NCBI GenBank assembly: GCA_037045245.1
Contig: JBAOHR010000010.1
Location: 9,569-73,568 of the forward strand
Direction: 5' to 3'
Source: Gemmatimonadales bacterium
GTDB taxonomy: Bacteria > Gemmatimonadota > Gemmatimonadetes > Gemmatimonadales > GWC2-71-9
Length of the DNA stretch: 64,000 nucleotides
The position numbers and the translations under genes were made by a program. The notes below the pieces were generated by a model. It was not told the DNA's origin, searched no databases, and saw nothing but the letters and a program-made list of their open reading frames with translations. Shown here piece after piece: positions 32,081 through 40,705 of the stretch (within the stretch, counting starts at the first letter, position 1; each line of letters opens with the position of its first letter).

Positions 32081-32805
32081 TGAGCGACGAGACGAAGACG
32101 CCGGAAACGGCGAGCGCCCCCGAGGCGGCCCCGCGGTCGAGCAACAACGGCGGCGGGCAGCAGGGTGGCATGGGTGGCGGCGGCGGCACCGGCACGCACG
32201 GCAATCGCGGGCGCGGCCCGGGTCGCGGTGGCGGGCAGGGTGGCGGCGGCCGGGGGCCGGGCGGCGGCGGGCGGGGTGGCCCGCGTCGTGACGACCGAAA
32301 CGAAGCCGAGAAGGAATTCGTCGAGAACGTCGTGTCGATCAACCGCGTCGCCAAGGTCGTGAAGGGCGGTCGCCGCTTCTCGTTCAACGCCCTCGTGGCG
32401 ATTGGCGACGGGAAGGGGAAGATCGGCATCGCGACCGGCAAGGCGAACGAGGTGTCCGAGGCGGTGCGCAAGGCGGTCGAGGCGGCCAAGCGGGCGATGG
32501 TCGTCATCCCCCGCACGGGCACCACGATCCCGCACGAGATCATCGGCGAGCACGGCGCGGGTCGCGTCCTGCTGCGGCCGGCGGCGAGCGGTACCGGCGT
32601 CATCGCCGGCGGCCCCGTCCGCATGGTCCTCGAGTGTGCCGGGATCACCGACATCCTCACCAAGAGCCTTGGCTCGAACAATCCGCACAACATGGTGCGG
32701 GCCACGGTCCAGGGGCTGCAGTCGCTGGTGTCGGTCGCGCAGATCGCGCGCGAGCGCGGCGTCGAAGTGGACCAGATCGGCTATCGCGCCCGTCAGGAGG
32801 CCTGA
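32080..32805 (+). CDS. rpsE: 30S ribosomal protein S5 with a ~75-aa Gly/Arg-rich (RGG-like) N-terminal extension
   Basis: 241 aa from the TAATG-coupled ATG at 32080. The S5 core starts at [19 protein letters not shown], and there is no alternative in-frame ATG/GTG just upstream of the core. Confidence 0.93.
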   Translation: MSDETKTPETASAPEAAPRSSNNGGGQQGGMGGGGGTGTHGNRGRGPGRGGGQGGGGRGPGGGGRGGPRRDDRNEAEKEFVENVVSINRVAKVVKGGRRFSFNALVAIGDGKGKIGIATGKANEVSEAVRKAVEAAKRAMVVIPRTGTTIPHEIIGEHGAGRVLLRPAASGTGVIAGGPVRMVLECAGITDILTKSLGSNNPHNMVRATVQGLQSLVSVAQIARERGVEVDQIGYRARQEA

Positions 32806-32808
32806 GTC

Positions 32809-33069
32809 ATGGGACGGAATCCAGTTGTTGGTCGCCAGGGACCGGCGCATCATGCCGCCGTCATCCCCAGCGAGGCTGAGGCGACGCGCCTCCGGGTCAA
32901 GCAGATCCGGTCGGGCATCGGCCACGCCGAGACGATGAATCGGACGCTCAAGTCGATCGGGCTGCGCCACCACCAGGCCGTGATCGAAGTCGACAATACC
33001 GCGACGATGCGCGGGATGCTGTTCAAGGTGCGCCACCTCGTCGAGGTGTCGCCGGCCGGGAGCAAGTGA
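32809..33069 (+). CDS. rpmD: 50S ribosomal protein L30 (N-terminally extended as called)
   Basis: 86 aa. The L30 core is LRVKQIRSGIGHAETMNRTLKSIGLRHHQAVIEVDNTATMRGMLFKVRHLVEV. The start is uncertain. Confidence 0.85.
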   Translation: MGRNPVVGRQGPAHHAAVIPSEAEATRLRVKQIRSGIGHAETMNRTLKSIGLRHHQAVIEVDNTATMRGMLFKVRHLVEVSPAGSK

Positions 33070-33536
33070 GCATGGCAGACAAGACCAAGGGCGTCGAGCA
33101 GATCACGCTGTCGAACCTGCGTCCGGCCCCGGGCTCGCACCGGAACCGGAAGCGGATCGGCCGTGGTCCGGGCTCGGGCACCGGCAAGACCTCCGGCAAG
33201 GGCCACAAGGGCTCGAAGGCCCGCTCCGGCGGCGCCACGAACCCGGGCTTCGAAGGCGGCCAGATGCCGATGTACCGCCGCCTCCCGAAGCGCGGCTTCA
33301 CGAACCCGTTCAAGGTGACCTTCCTCGCCGTGAACCTCCGCCACCTGGCGGGCGTGACCGACGCCGAGATCTCGCCCGCGACGCTGTTCGCGGCCGGCAT
33401 CCTCAAGAACGTCGACGAGCCCGTGAAGTTGCTGGGCCACGGTGAGATCACCCGCGCCATCACCGTGCGCGGCATGCCGGTCTCCGCCGCGGCCAAGGTG
33501 AAGGTCGAGGCGGCAGGCGGCCGGGTCGAGGACTGA
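33066..33536 (+). CDS. rplO: 50S ribosomal protein L15
   Basis: 156 aa (KRIGRGPGSGTGKTSGKGHKG). The start is either GTG 33066 (GTGA overlap) or ATG 33072. Confidence 0.93.
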   Translation: MSMADKTKGVEQITLSNLRPAPGSHRNRKRIGRGPGSGTGKTSGKGHKGSKARSGGATNPGFEGGQMPMYRRLPKRGFTNPFKVTFLAVNLRHLAGVTDAEISPATLFAAGILKNVDEPVKLLGHGEITRAITVRGMPVSAAAKVKVEAAGGRVED

Positions 33537-34855
33537 TGACCGCGCCCACCACGCCGGGCCTCAACATCGACGACGAGCTGGCGAAGAAGCTCAAGTTCGT
33601 CCTGATGGCCGTCCTCATCTACCGCGTCGGCGCCCACATTCCGGCGCCGATGGTCGACGTGACGGCCCTGTCCGCCGCCATCGCCCAGTCGGCTTCGGCC
33701 GGGCTCTTCCAGCTGTATGACGCCATGGGCGGCAACCTGCAGAAGGCGGCCATCTTCGCCCTCGGCATCATGCCGTACATCTCCGCGTCGATCGTCTTCC
33801 AGCTGGGTGCCGGCGTCGTGCCGACCCTCAGCAAGATGCAGAAGGACGAGGAGGGCCGGAAGCAGATCACCCAGTGGACCCGCTACCTCACGGTCGCGAT
33901 CGCGCTGGCCCAGGCCTACACCTTCACGCTCTACGTCGAGTCGATCCCGGGCGCCGTGCCCGAGATCGGCGCGCTCTCGCGGTTCGTGATGGTCGCCACC
34001 CTGACCACCGGCGCGATCTTCGTGATGTGGCTCGGCGAGCAGATCACCGAGCGCGGCATCGGCAACGGGATGAGCCTGCTCATCGCGGTCTCGATCCTCG
34101 AGCGCCTCTGGCCCTCGTTGCTCCAGCTCGTCGGCTTCGTGAAGGACGGCGTCGTCTCGTTCCTCGGCGCCTCCACCTTCCTCGTCGTCCTGATCGCGAT
34201 GATCGCCGCCGTCGTGGCGATGACCCTCGCGTCGCGGAAGATCCCGATCCAGATCCCGCGCAAGGTGATGGGCCGCGGCCGGATCCGCGAAGGGCAGAAG
34301 ACCTTCATCCCGATCCGGCTGATCACCGCCGGCGTGATGCCGATCATCTTCGCCCAGACGGTCATCCTGGTCCCGACCACCGCCGCGCGCTTCTCGAGCT
34401 CGGAGATGATGACCGAGTTCGCGAACTTCCTGGCGCCGGGCACGGCGGCGTATTCGCTGATCTTCGCGCTGCTGATCGTCGTGTTCTCGTACTTCTACAC
34501 CTCGATCATCTTCAACTCGGTCGAGCTGGCCGAGAACCTGAAGAAGCAGGGCGCGTTCATCCCGGGCGTCAAGCCGGGCTCGGCGACCGCCGACTACATC
34601 GACGGCGTCCTCGGCCGGATCACGCTCCCGGGCTCGCTCTTCCTCGCCTTCATCGCCATCGTGCCGCTCATCGTCGCGACGGCGCTCGGCGTCTCGCAGT
34701 TCCAGCTCGGCGGCACCTCGATCCTGATCGTCGTCGGCGTCATGCTCGACACGATCGCGCAGATCGAACAGCACCGCACGCTGCGCAAGTACGACGGCTT
34801 CATGAAGTCGGGGCGCATCAAGTATCGCGGGCGCTCGAGCCGGTTCGGGATGTAG
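33536..34855 (+). CDS. secY: preprotein translocase subunit SecY
   Basis: 439 aa, polytopic membrane protein, with TGATG coupling to rplO. Typical SecY sequence is present (GIMPYISASIVFQL, WLGEQITERGIGNGMSLLI). Confidence 0.97.
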   Translation: MTAPTTPGLNIDDELAKKLKFVLMAVLIYRVGAHIPAPMVDVTALSAAIAQSASAGLFQLYDAMGGNLQKAAIFALGIMPYISASIVFQLGAGVVPTLSKMQKDEEGRKQITQWTRYLTVAIALAQAYTFTLYVESIPGAVPEIGALSRFVMVATLTTGAIFVMWLGEQITERGIGNGMSLLIAVSILERLWPSLLQLVGFVKDGVVSFLGASTFLVVLIAMIAAVVAMTLASRKIPIQIPRKVMGRGRIREGQKTFIPIRLITAGVMPIIFAQTVILVPTTAARFSSSEMMTEFANFLAPGTAAYSLIFALLIVVFSYFYTSIIFNSVELAENLKKQGAFIPGVKPGSATADYIDGVLGRITLPGSLFLAFIAIVPLIVATALGVSQFQLGGTSILIVVGVMLDTIAQIEQHRTLRKYDGFMKSGRIKYRGRSSRFGM

Positions 34856-34893
34856 GTCACGGGGGCGCCTGCGCCCCCGGCTGGACGGCAGAC

Positions 34894-34950
34894 GTCAAAC
34901 GTGAAACGGGAGCCCGAAGGTCGGCCTCCGTTTCACGTTTCACCTTTCAC
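34894..34950. repeat. heptamer-built hairpin after secY: (GTSAAAC)x2 ... (GTTTCAC)x3
   Basis: AAACGTGAAACGG(G)AG at 34897-34912 pairs with CTCCGTTTCACGTTT at 34926-34940 (15 bp, one bulge, 13-nt loop). A separate GC hairpin GGGGGCG-CCTG-CGCCCCC lies at 34861-34878. Confidence 0.8.
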
Positions 34951-35013
34951 GGTGGGCCGTTTACGTTCCCGGGATACCCTGAGTCGTCACCATTCACCGC
35001 ACGGAGTTCGCTC

Positions 35014-35580
35014 GTGGACATCCTGCTTCTCGGACCGCCGGGCGCCGGCAAGGGCACGCAGGGCGCACTGCTCGCCGAGACCCTCGGCCTGCCGAAGTTC
35101 GCCACCGGGGACCTGCTGCGCGACGCCGTCAAGCGCGGCACCCCGCTGGGCCTGCAGGCGCGCGCCCTCATGGAGGCCGGGCACCTGGTCGGCGACGACC
35201 TGATCCTGGGCGTCATCCGGGCCGAGCTCGCCAAGCCCGAGGCCGCGCAGGGCGTGATCTTCGACGGCGTGGTCCGCACCATCCCGCAGGCCGAGGGGAT
35301 GGCCGCCCTCCTCGCCGAAGCCAAGCGGAAGATGACCCACGTCCTCTTCTTCGAGATCGCCGACAGCGTCATCCTCGACCGCCTGGTCAAGCGCCGGGAG
35401 ATCGAGGGGCGCGCCGATGACGACCCGGCCGCCGTCGCGACCCGCCTCGAGGCCTATCGCCGCCAGACCGCCCCGGTGCTCGCCTGGTACCAGGACCACT
35501 GCGGCGTGACCACCATCGATGCCGTCGGCTCGGTCGACGAAGTGGCCGCCCGGGTGCGCGCGGCCGTGTCCGCGGCGTGA
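35014..35580 (+). CDS. adk: adenylate kinase (short-lid type)
   Basis: 188 aa from GTG 35014, with GGAG 7 nt upstream. It has a P-loop (LLLGPPGAGKGTQ) and a short LID (KRREIEGRADDDPAAV). The long ORF from 33874 is an out-of-frame artefact over secY. Confidence 0.93.
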   Translation: MDILLLGPPGAGKGTQGALLAETLGLPKFATGDLLRDAVKRGTPLGLQARALMEAGHLVGDDLILGVIRAELAKPEAAQGVIFDGVVRTIPQAEGMAALLAEAKRKMTHVLFFEIADSVILDRLVKRREIEGRADDDPAAVATRLEAYRRQTAPVLAWYQDHCGVTTIDAVGSVDEVAARVRAAVSAA

Positions 35581-36332
35581 TCACGATCAAGTCGGCGCGG
35601 GAGCTCGACACGATGGCCCGCGCCGGGCGCATCCTGCACGCGACCCTGCAGCGGATGCAGGAGATCCTCCGGCCCGGCATGTCGACCGAGGACCTCGACG
35701 CCGAGGCCGAGCGGTTCATCCGCTCGCACCCCGGCGCATTGCCGTCGTTCAAGGGCTTGTACGGCTTCCCGAAGACGCTCTGCATCTCGATCGACGAGGA
35801 GATCGTCCACAGCATCCCGTCGCCGCGGCGGATCCTCGCCGAGGGATCGATCGTCTCCATCGATTGCGGCGTCTGCATCGAGGGGCTGCACGCCGACTCC
35901 GCCACGACCCTCCCCGTCGGCGCGATCTCGGCGGAGGCGCAGCGGCTCCTCGACGTGACGCAGCAGTCGCTCGTCGCCGGGATCGCCGCGGCGACGGTGG
36001 GACACCAGGTGGGCGACATCGGCCACGCGGTGCAGACGGTCGCCGAGGCGGCGGGCTATGGCGTGGTGCGCGAACTCGTGGGCCACGGCATCGGCACCCG
36101 CTTCCACGAGGAGCCGCAGGTCCCGAACTTCGGCAAGCCGGGCCGCGGCGCGGCCCTCCGGGCCGGAATGACCCTCGCGATCGAGCCGATGATCACGATG
36201 GGGAAGCCGGCCACCAAGACGCTCAAGGACAAGTGGACCGTGGTGACCGCGGATGGGTCACTGGCGGCGCATTTTGAGCATACGGTGGCGGTGCTGGAGG
36301 GTGGGCCGAGAATCTTGACCGATGGGTCGTGA
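35577..36332 (+). CDS. map: type I methionine aminopeptidase
   Basis: 251 aa with a GTGA overlap with adk. Metal-ligand context is typical of MetAP (IVSIDCG, GHGIG, MTLAIEPM, FEHTV). Confidence 0.95.
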   Translation: MITIKSARELDTMARAGRILHATLQRMQEILRPGMSTEDLDAEAERFIRSHPGALPSFKGLYGFPKTLCISIDEEIVHSIPSPRRILAEGSIVSIDCGVCIEGLHADSATTLPVGAISAEAQRLLDVTQQSLVAGIAAATVGHQVGDIGHAVQTVAEAAGYGVVRELVGHGIGTRFHEEPQVPNFGKPGRGAALRAGMTLAIEPMITMGKPATKTLKDKWTVVTADGSLAAHFEHTVAVLEGGPRILTDGS

Positions 36333-36419
36333 GTCCTGAGTCCTGAGAGTTGTGAGGCCGGCATCCCCGCGGATCGTCGGCCTCTCCGCCCTCAGGACTC
36401 AGGACTCAGGACTCACGAC
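36324..36419. repeat. 22-bp perfect inverted repeat made of GAGTCCT/CTCAGGA heptamers, with an inner GC hairpin
   Basis: GTCGTGAGTCCTGAGTCCTGAG at 36326-36347 is the exact reverse complement of 36398-36419. The 50-nt loop contains GAGGCCG...CGGCCTC. The arms include the stop codons of map (36330-36332) and suhB (36399-36401). Confidence 0.9.
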
Positions 36420-37193
36420 TCCCCGCAACCACCCCGCCATCTCCCCACTCCCCGCCACCACCCCGCTGTGCTCCACGCCGAGCGCGCTGCCGTCCAGCTT
36501 CGTCACCACCCCTCCCGCTTCCCGCACCAGCACGATCCCGGCAGCCATGTCCCACGGGGCCAGCATCAGTTCCCAGAAGGCCTCGAAGCGCCCCAGCGCG
36601 ACGTCGACCAGGTCGAGGGCGGCCGACCCGCCGCGGCGAACCCCGGCCGTGGCGCCAAGGACCGCGGCCATCTGCGGCAGGTAGGTCGGGATCAGGTCGG
36701 GATGCTTGAAGGGGAAGCCGGTGCCGATGAGCGCCTGGCCCGGGTCGTGGATCGTGGAGACCCGCATTCGATCACCGTTGGCCCACGCCCCGCCGCCCTG
36801 CCAGGCGGTGTAGCGGCGGTGCGCCGTGGCGTGGAAGACCGTCCCCGCGACCAGCTCGCCGTCGAGGGCCGCGCCGATGGAGACGCACCACATCGGATGG
36901 CCGTGGAGGAAATTGGTGGTGCCGTCGAGCGGATCGACCACCCAGACCAGGCCGTCCATTGCCTCGGCGTCGGGGGAGATCTCCTCGCCCATGACCCGGC
37001 TCGAGGGCTCGGCGCGGAGCAGCGTCTCGCGGATGCGTTCCTCCGCCCCCTGGTCGATCGCCGTCACGTAGTCGTGGTGGCCCTTGGCGGTCCAGGTGGC
37101 CGGGTCCGGACGCGCGGCACCCAGGAGGAACGAGGCGGCTCGGGCAGCGGCCCGTTCCGCCAGGCGGGCCAGGGCGGCGGCCTCGCGGCTCAT
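36399..37193 (-). CDS. suhB: inositol monophosphatase family protein (SuhB-like)
   Basis: 264 aa from ATG 37193 with the motifs WVVDPLDGTTNFLHG and WDMAAG. The ORF-track start at 37358 is antisense to trpS and was rejected. Confidence 0.88.
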   Translation of the reverse strand: MSREAAALARLAERAAARAASFLLGAARPDPATWTAKGHHDYVTAIDQGAEERIRETLLRAEPSSRVMGEEISPDAEAMDGLVWVVDPLDGTTNFLHGHPMWCVSIGAALDGELVAGTVFHATAHRRYTAWQGGGAWANGDRMRVSTIHDPGQALIGTGFPFKHPDLIPTYLPQMAAVLGATAGVRRGGSAALDLVDVALGRFEAFWELMLAPWDMAAGIVLVREAGGVVTKLDGSALGVEHSGVVAGSGEMAGWLRGVVSPES

Positions 37194-37194
37194 G

Positions 37195-37223
37195 TTGCCG
37201 CCCCTTCGCGCTGGCGGTAGCTT
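37195..37223 (+). promoter_or_regulatory. candidate promoter TTGCCG-17 nt-TAGCTT, 6 nt before the trpS ATG (leaderless geometry)
   Basis: TTGCCG at 37195-37200, TAGCTT at 37218-37223 and ATG at 37230, with no SD. The whole divergent suhB/trpS gap is only 36 bp. Confidence 0.35.
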
Positions 37224-37229
37224 GCCGCC

Positions 37230-38222
37230 ATGGCACGCATCTTCTCGGGCATCCAGCCCTCCGGTGAAATGCACATTGGCAACTGGCTCGGGGCGATCCA
37301 GAACTACGTCGCCCTCCAGGATGGCAACGACTGTCTCTACTGCGTGGTCGATCAGCACGCGATCACCGGCAGCTACGAGGTGGGGACCCTCGCGGAGCGC
37401 ACGCGCGAGATGGCGATCTCGCTGCTCGCCGCCGGCGTCGATCCGTCACGCGCGGTGCTCTTCGTGCAGAGTCACGTCCCGCAGCACGCCACGCTGGCCT
37501 GGTTGCTGACCACCATCGCGCCGCTCGGCGAACTCGAGCGGATGACGCAGTACAAGGATAAGTCGCAGCGGTTCGAATCGGTGCCGACGGGGCTGCTGAC
37601 CTACCCGGTGCTCATGGCCGCCGACATCCTGCTCTATCGTGCCGAATCGGTGCCGGTGGGCGAGGACCAGGTGCAGCACCTCGAGCTCGCGCGCGAGCTG
37701 GCGCGCCGGTGGAATGCCGCCTTCGCAAAGGAGGCGCCGCTCTTTCCGGAGCCGCAGCCGATCCTCTCGCCGGCGAAGCGGATCATCGGCCTCGACGGCC
37801 AGGCGAAGATGTCGAAGTCGCTCGGCAACACGATCGGCGTGACGGAGTCGCCCGAGTCGATCTGGCAGAAGCTCCGGCCGGCGATGACCGACCCGGCGCG
37901 CAAGACGAAGACCGATCCCGGCACGCCGGAGATCTGCAACATCTACGCGCTGCATCGCCACTTCTCGCCCGAGGCGACGGTCGCCGAGGTGGCCGTGAAC
38001 TGTCGCACCGCGGCGTGGGGCTGCATCGACTGCAAGAAGGTGCTCGCCGCGAACATGTCGGAGCGGCTCGCCCCGATGCGCGAGCGCTCGCTGGCGCTGC
38101 GGGCGGCGCCGGAGACGCTGCGTCAGGTGCTGGGCGATGGCGCCGCGACCGCCCGGCGGCTCGCGGCGGAGACGATGACCGAGGTCACGGCCCGGATGGG
38201 CTTTCTCGCGGAGGGAGCATGA
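37230..38222 (+). CDS. trpS: tryptophan--tRNA ligase
   Basis: 330 aa, class I synthetase, with GEMHIGNW (HIGH-type) and KMSKSLGN motifs. Confidence 0.95.
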   Translation: MARIFSGIQPSGEMHIGNWLGAIQNYVALQDGNDCLYCVVDQHAITGSYEVGTLAERTREMAISLLAAGVDPSRAVLFVQSHVPQHATLAWLLTTIAPLGELERMTQYKDKSQRFESVPTGLLTYPVLMAADILLYRAESVPVGEDQVQHLELARELARRWNAAFAKEAPLFPEPQPILSPAKRIIGLDGQAKMSKSLGNTIGVTESPESIWQKLRPAMTDPARKTKTDPGTPEICNIYALHRHFSPEATVAEVAVNCRTAAWGCIDCKKVLAANMSERLAPMRERSLALRAAPETLRQVLGDGAATARRLAAETMTEVTARMGFLAEGA

Positions 38223-39256
38223 CCGCCACGTCCCCGATGCTGGCTCGCGTCCTCAAGGCGGCCGTGCTGCGCGACGCCTCCGACGTCCACGCGAAGGCCG
38301 GCGACGTCTTCCGGGCGCGCGTCGGCGGCGTGCTGGTGCCGTTGACCAAGCAGCGTCTCACGCCGGCCCAGACGCGGGCGCTTGCGGCCACGTTCGCCGG
38401 TCTCGACCTCGAGGACCCGCGGCTCGACGCGTTGCGCGACTTCGATTGCTCCTGGGGCGTGCCCGGCATCGGTCGCTTCCGGGTCAACGTCTCCCGGCAG
38501 CGCTCGTCGTTCATGGTGGTGCTCCGGGTCATCCAGTTCTCGGTCCCGACCCCCGAGGGGCTCCAGCTGCCGGAGTTCGTCTCGCGTTTCGCCGAGGCCG
38601 AGGATGGCCTGGTGATCGTCGCGGGACCGAGTGGCTCGGGGAAGACCTCCACGATCGCGGCGATGGTGCATCACATCAACCGCTCGCGGGAACGGCATGT
38701 CGTCACGCTGGAGGATCCGATCGAGTTCCTGCATCGCGACCTGGCGAGCTCGATCACCCAGCGCGAGATCGGGACGGACACGGCCGACGTCGCCGGCGGG
38801 ATCCACGCCGCGCTGCGCCAGGACGCCGACGTGATCGTGATCGGGGACCTGCGCGATTCACTGGCGGTCGATCGCGCCATTCGCGCGGCCGAATCGGGCT
38901 GCCTGGTGCTCGCTGCGGTGAGCGCGATCGACGCCACGTCGGCGCTGATGCAGCTGGTCGCCACGCTTCCCGCCGGCGAGCGGGACGTCGGCCGGATGCG
39001 GTTGGCGGTGGTGTTGCGGGCGGTGCTGGCCCAGCGGCTGGTCGCGGCCCCGGAGGGGGAGGGACGCATCCCGATCCTGGAGTGGATGGAACCGATCCCC
39101 GCCCTCCGTGACGCCCTGGCCGGGGGCGGCGAGGCCGCGGCGCTGCAGAAGGCGCTCGACCGGGCCACCAAGGAGGGGAAGGGGGAGACCTTCGCCCGGG
39201 CCATGGCCGAAGCCGGAGTCGCCGACGAATTGACCCCCCGGCCCCGGGCGCACTAG
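38219..39256 (+). CDS. PilT/PilU-family type IV pilus retraction-type ATPase homolog with degenerate catalytic motifs
   Basis: 345 aa from ATG 38219 (ATGA overlap with trpS). Walker A GPSGSGKTST and Asp box EDPIEF are present. Where PilT has GEMRD and TGHLV..TLHT, this protein has GDLRD and SGCLVLAAVSA. Confidence 0.8.
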   Translation: MTATSPMLARVLKAAVLRDASDVHAKAGDVFRARVGGVLVPLTKQRLTPAQTRALAATFAGLDLEDPRLDALRDFDCSWGVPGIGRFRVNVSRQRSSFMVVLRVIQFSVPTPEGLQLPEFVSRFAEAEDGLVIVAGPSGSGKTSTIAAMVHHINRSRERHVVTLEDPIEFLHRDLASSITQREIGTDTADVAGGIHAALRQDADVIVIGDLRDSLAVDRAIRAAESGCLVLAAVSAIDATSALMQLVATLPAGERDVGRMRLAVVLRAVLAQRLVAAPEGEGRIPILEWMEPIPALRDALAGGGEAAALQKALDRATKEGKGETFARAMAEAGVADELTPRPRAH

Positions 39257-39274
39257 CTTTCGGGGAAGTCGTTC

Positions 39275-39301
39275 AACGGCCTCGCGAGGGGCCGTTTTCT
39301 T
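39275..39301 (+). terminator. rho-independent terminator after the PilT-like gene
   Basis: AACGGCCTC-GCGA-GGGGCCGTT (9-bp stem including one G-U pair, GNRA-type loop) followed by TTTTCTT. Confidence 0.7.
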
Positions 39302-39319
39302 GTGCCGGAGTGGTGAATC

Positions 39320-40600
39320 ATGTTCGACCGGAAGCACAGCTGCATCGTGGTGGTCGGCGCCCAGTGGGGCGACGAAGGGAAGGGGAAGCTGGTCGACGTG
39401 CTGGCCGAGCAGGCGAACGTCGTCGTGCGCTACCAGGGCGGCGCCAATGCGGGCCACACAGTCGTGGTCGGCGATCGCCAGTTCGTCCTGCACCAGATCC
39501 CGTCCGGGATCCTCCATGCCGGCGCCAAGTGCGTCGTCGGCAACGGCGTGGTGCTCGACCCCGAGACCTTCTTCGCCGAACTCGACGAACTCGCGACCCA
39601 GGGGATCGACGTCTCCGGCCGCCTCTTCATCTCGGACCGGGCGCACGTCGTGCTGCCGTACCACAAGCTGCTGGATGCCGCGAGCGAGAAGCAGCAGCAG
39701 ATCGGCACCACGGGGCGGGGCATCGGGCCGACCTACGAGGACAAGATCGGTCGGCGCGGCGTGCGCGTCGCCGACCTGATCCGCGCCAACGTCTCGCGGG
39801 AGTTCGTGGCCGACCGGATCGAGCGGGCGAACGCCCTCCTCGCGATGATGGGGTCGACGGTGCGCGCCGACCTTGAGGAGCACCTCGCCCTCATGGAGCG
39901 CCTGGGCGCCCGTCTGCGGCCACTGGCGACCGACACGGGGTTGCTGGTCCACCAGGCCCTCCGCAGCGGTCAGCGGGTCCTCCTCGAGGGCGCGCAGGGC
40001 GCCCTCCTCGACGTGGACCACGGGACCTATCCGTTCGTCACGTCGTCGAACACGACGGCGGGCGGCGCGGCGATCGGCGCCGGGATCGGTCCGACCGAGA
40101 TCGACGGCGTCCTGGGGGTGGTGAAGGCCTACACGACCCGCGTCGGCAACGGCCCGCTGCCGACCGAGGCCGGGGGCGACCTCGAGGAGCGGCTGCGCAC
40201 CCTCGGCGGCGAGTTCGGTGCGACCACCGGCCGCCCGCGCCGCTGCGGCTGGTTCGACGCCACCGTGGTCCGCTACTCGGTCCGTGTCAACGGCCTCACC
40301 GGCCTCGCGGTCACCAAGCTCGATGTCCTCGACTCGTTCGCCGAGATTCCGGTCTGCACCGCGTATCGCCTCGATGGCGAGGTCTGCAGCGAAGTGCCGA
40401 GCGACGTCGAGCGGCTGGGTCGGGTGGAGCCGGTCTACGAGTCGCTGCCGGGGTGGCAGCGGCCGACCGACGGCGCGCGCAAGCTCGCCGACCTGCCGCC
40501 CGCGGCGCGTGCCTATCTCGACCGGTTGCAGGATCTCTCCGGGGCACCGATTCGGTATGTGAGCGTGGGGACGCGGCGGGATCAGATCATCGAGTGCTGA
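39320..40600 (+). CDS. purA: adenylosuccinate synthase
   Basis: 426 aa (GAQWGDEGKGKLVD, GTTGRGIGPTYEDK, TTGRPRRCGW). Confidence 0.97.
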   Translation: MFDRKHSCIVVVGAQWGDEGKGKLVDVLAEQANVVVRYQGGANAGHTVVVGDRQFVLHQIPSGILHAGAKCVVGNGVVLDPETFFAELDELATQGIDVSGRLFISDRAHVVLPYHKLLDAASEKQQQIGTTGRGIGPTYEDKIGRRGVRVADLIRANVSREFVADRIERANALLAMMGSTVRADLEEHLALMERLGARLRPLATDTGLLVHQALRSGQRVLLEGAQGALLDVDHGTYPFVTSSNTTAGGAAIGAGIGPTEIDGVLGVVKAYTTRVGNGPLPTEAGGDLEERLRTLGGEFGATTGRPRRCGWFDATVVRYSVRVNGLTGLAVTKLDVLDSFAEIPVCTAYRLDGEVCSEVPSDVERLGRVEPVYESLPGWQRPTDGARKLADLPPAARAYLDRLQDLSGAPIRYVSVGTRRDQIIEC

Positions 40601-40602
40601 AG

Positions 40603-40703
40603 GCGAGAAGCGAGAAGCGAGAAGCGTGAAGCGTGAAGCGTGGCCCAGCGGTGAGATCCTCCCGCCGAGCCACGCTTCTCGCTTCTCGCTTCTCGCTTCT
40701 CGA
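40603..40703. repeat. ~35-bp imperfect inverted repeat made of heptamers: (GCGAGAA)x3(GCGTGAA)x2 GCGTGGC ... GCCACGC (TTCTCGC)x3 TTCTCGA
   Basis: Read directly from the sequence. The loop is 24 nt (40645-40668). The element fills the whole gap between convergent purA and the PilX-like gene. Confidence 0.9.
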
Positions 40704-40705
40704 CG

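Noticed and set aside
33874-35580. 568-aa + strand ORF
   Set aside because: Its first ~380 aa are an out-of-frame read over secY (Arg/Asp/Pro-rich). Only the last 188 aa, from GTG 35014 with its own GGAG, are adenylate kinase.
37709-39256. 515-aa + strand ORF
   Set aside because: The N-terminal ~170 aa are an alternative frame of trpS. PilT-family similarity begins at ATG 38219, which overlaps the trpS stop.
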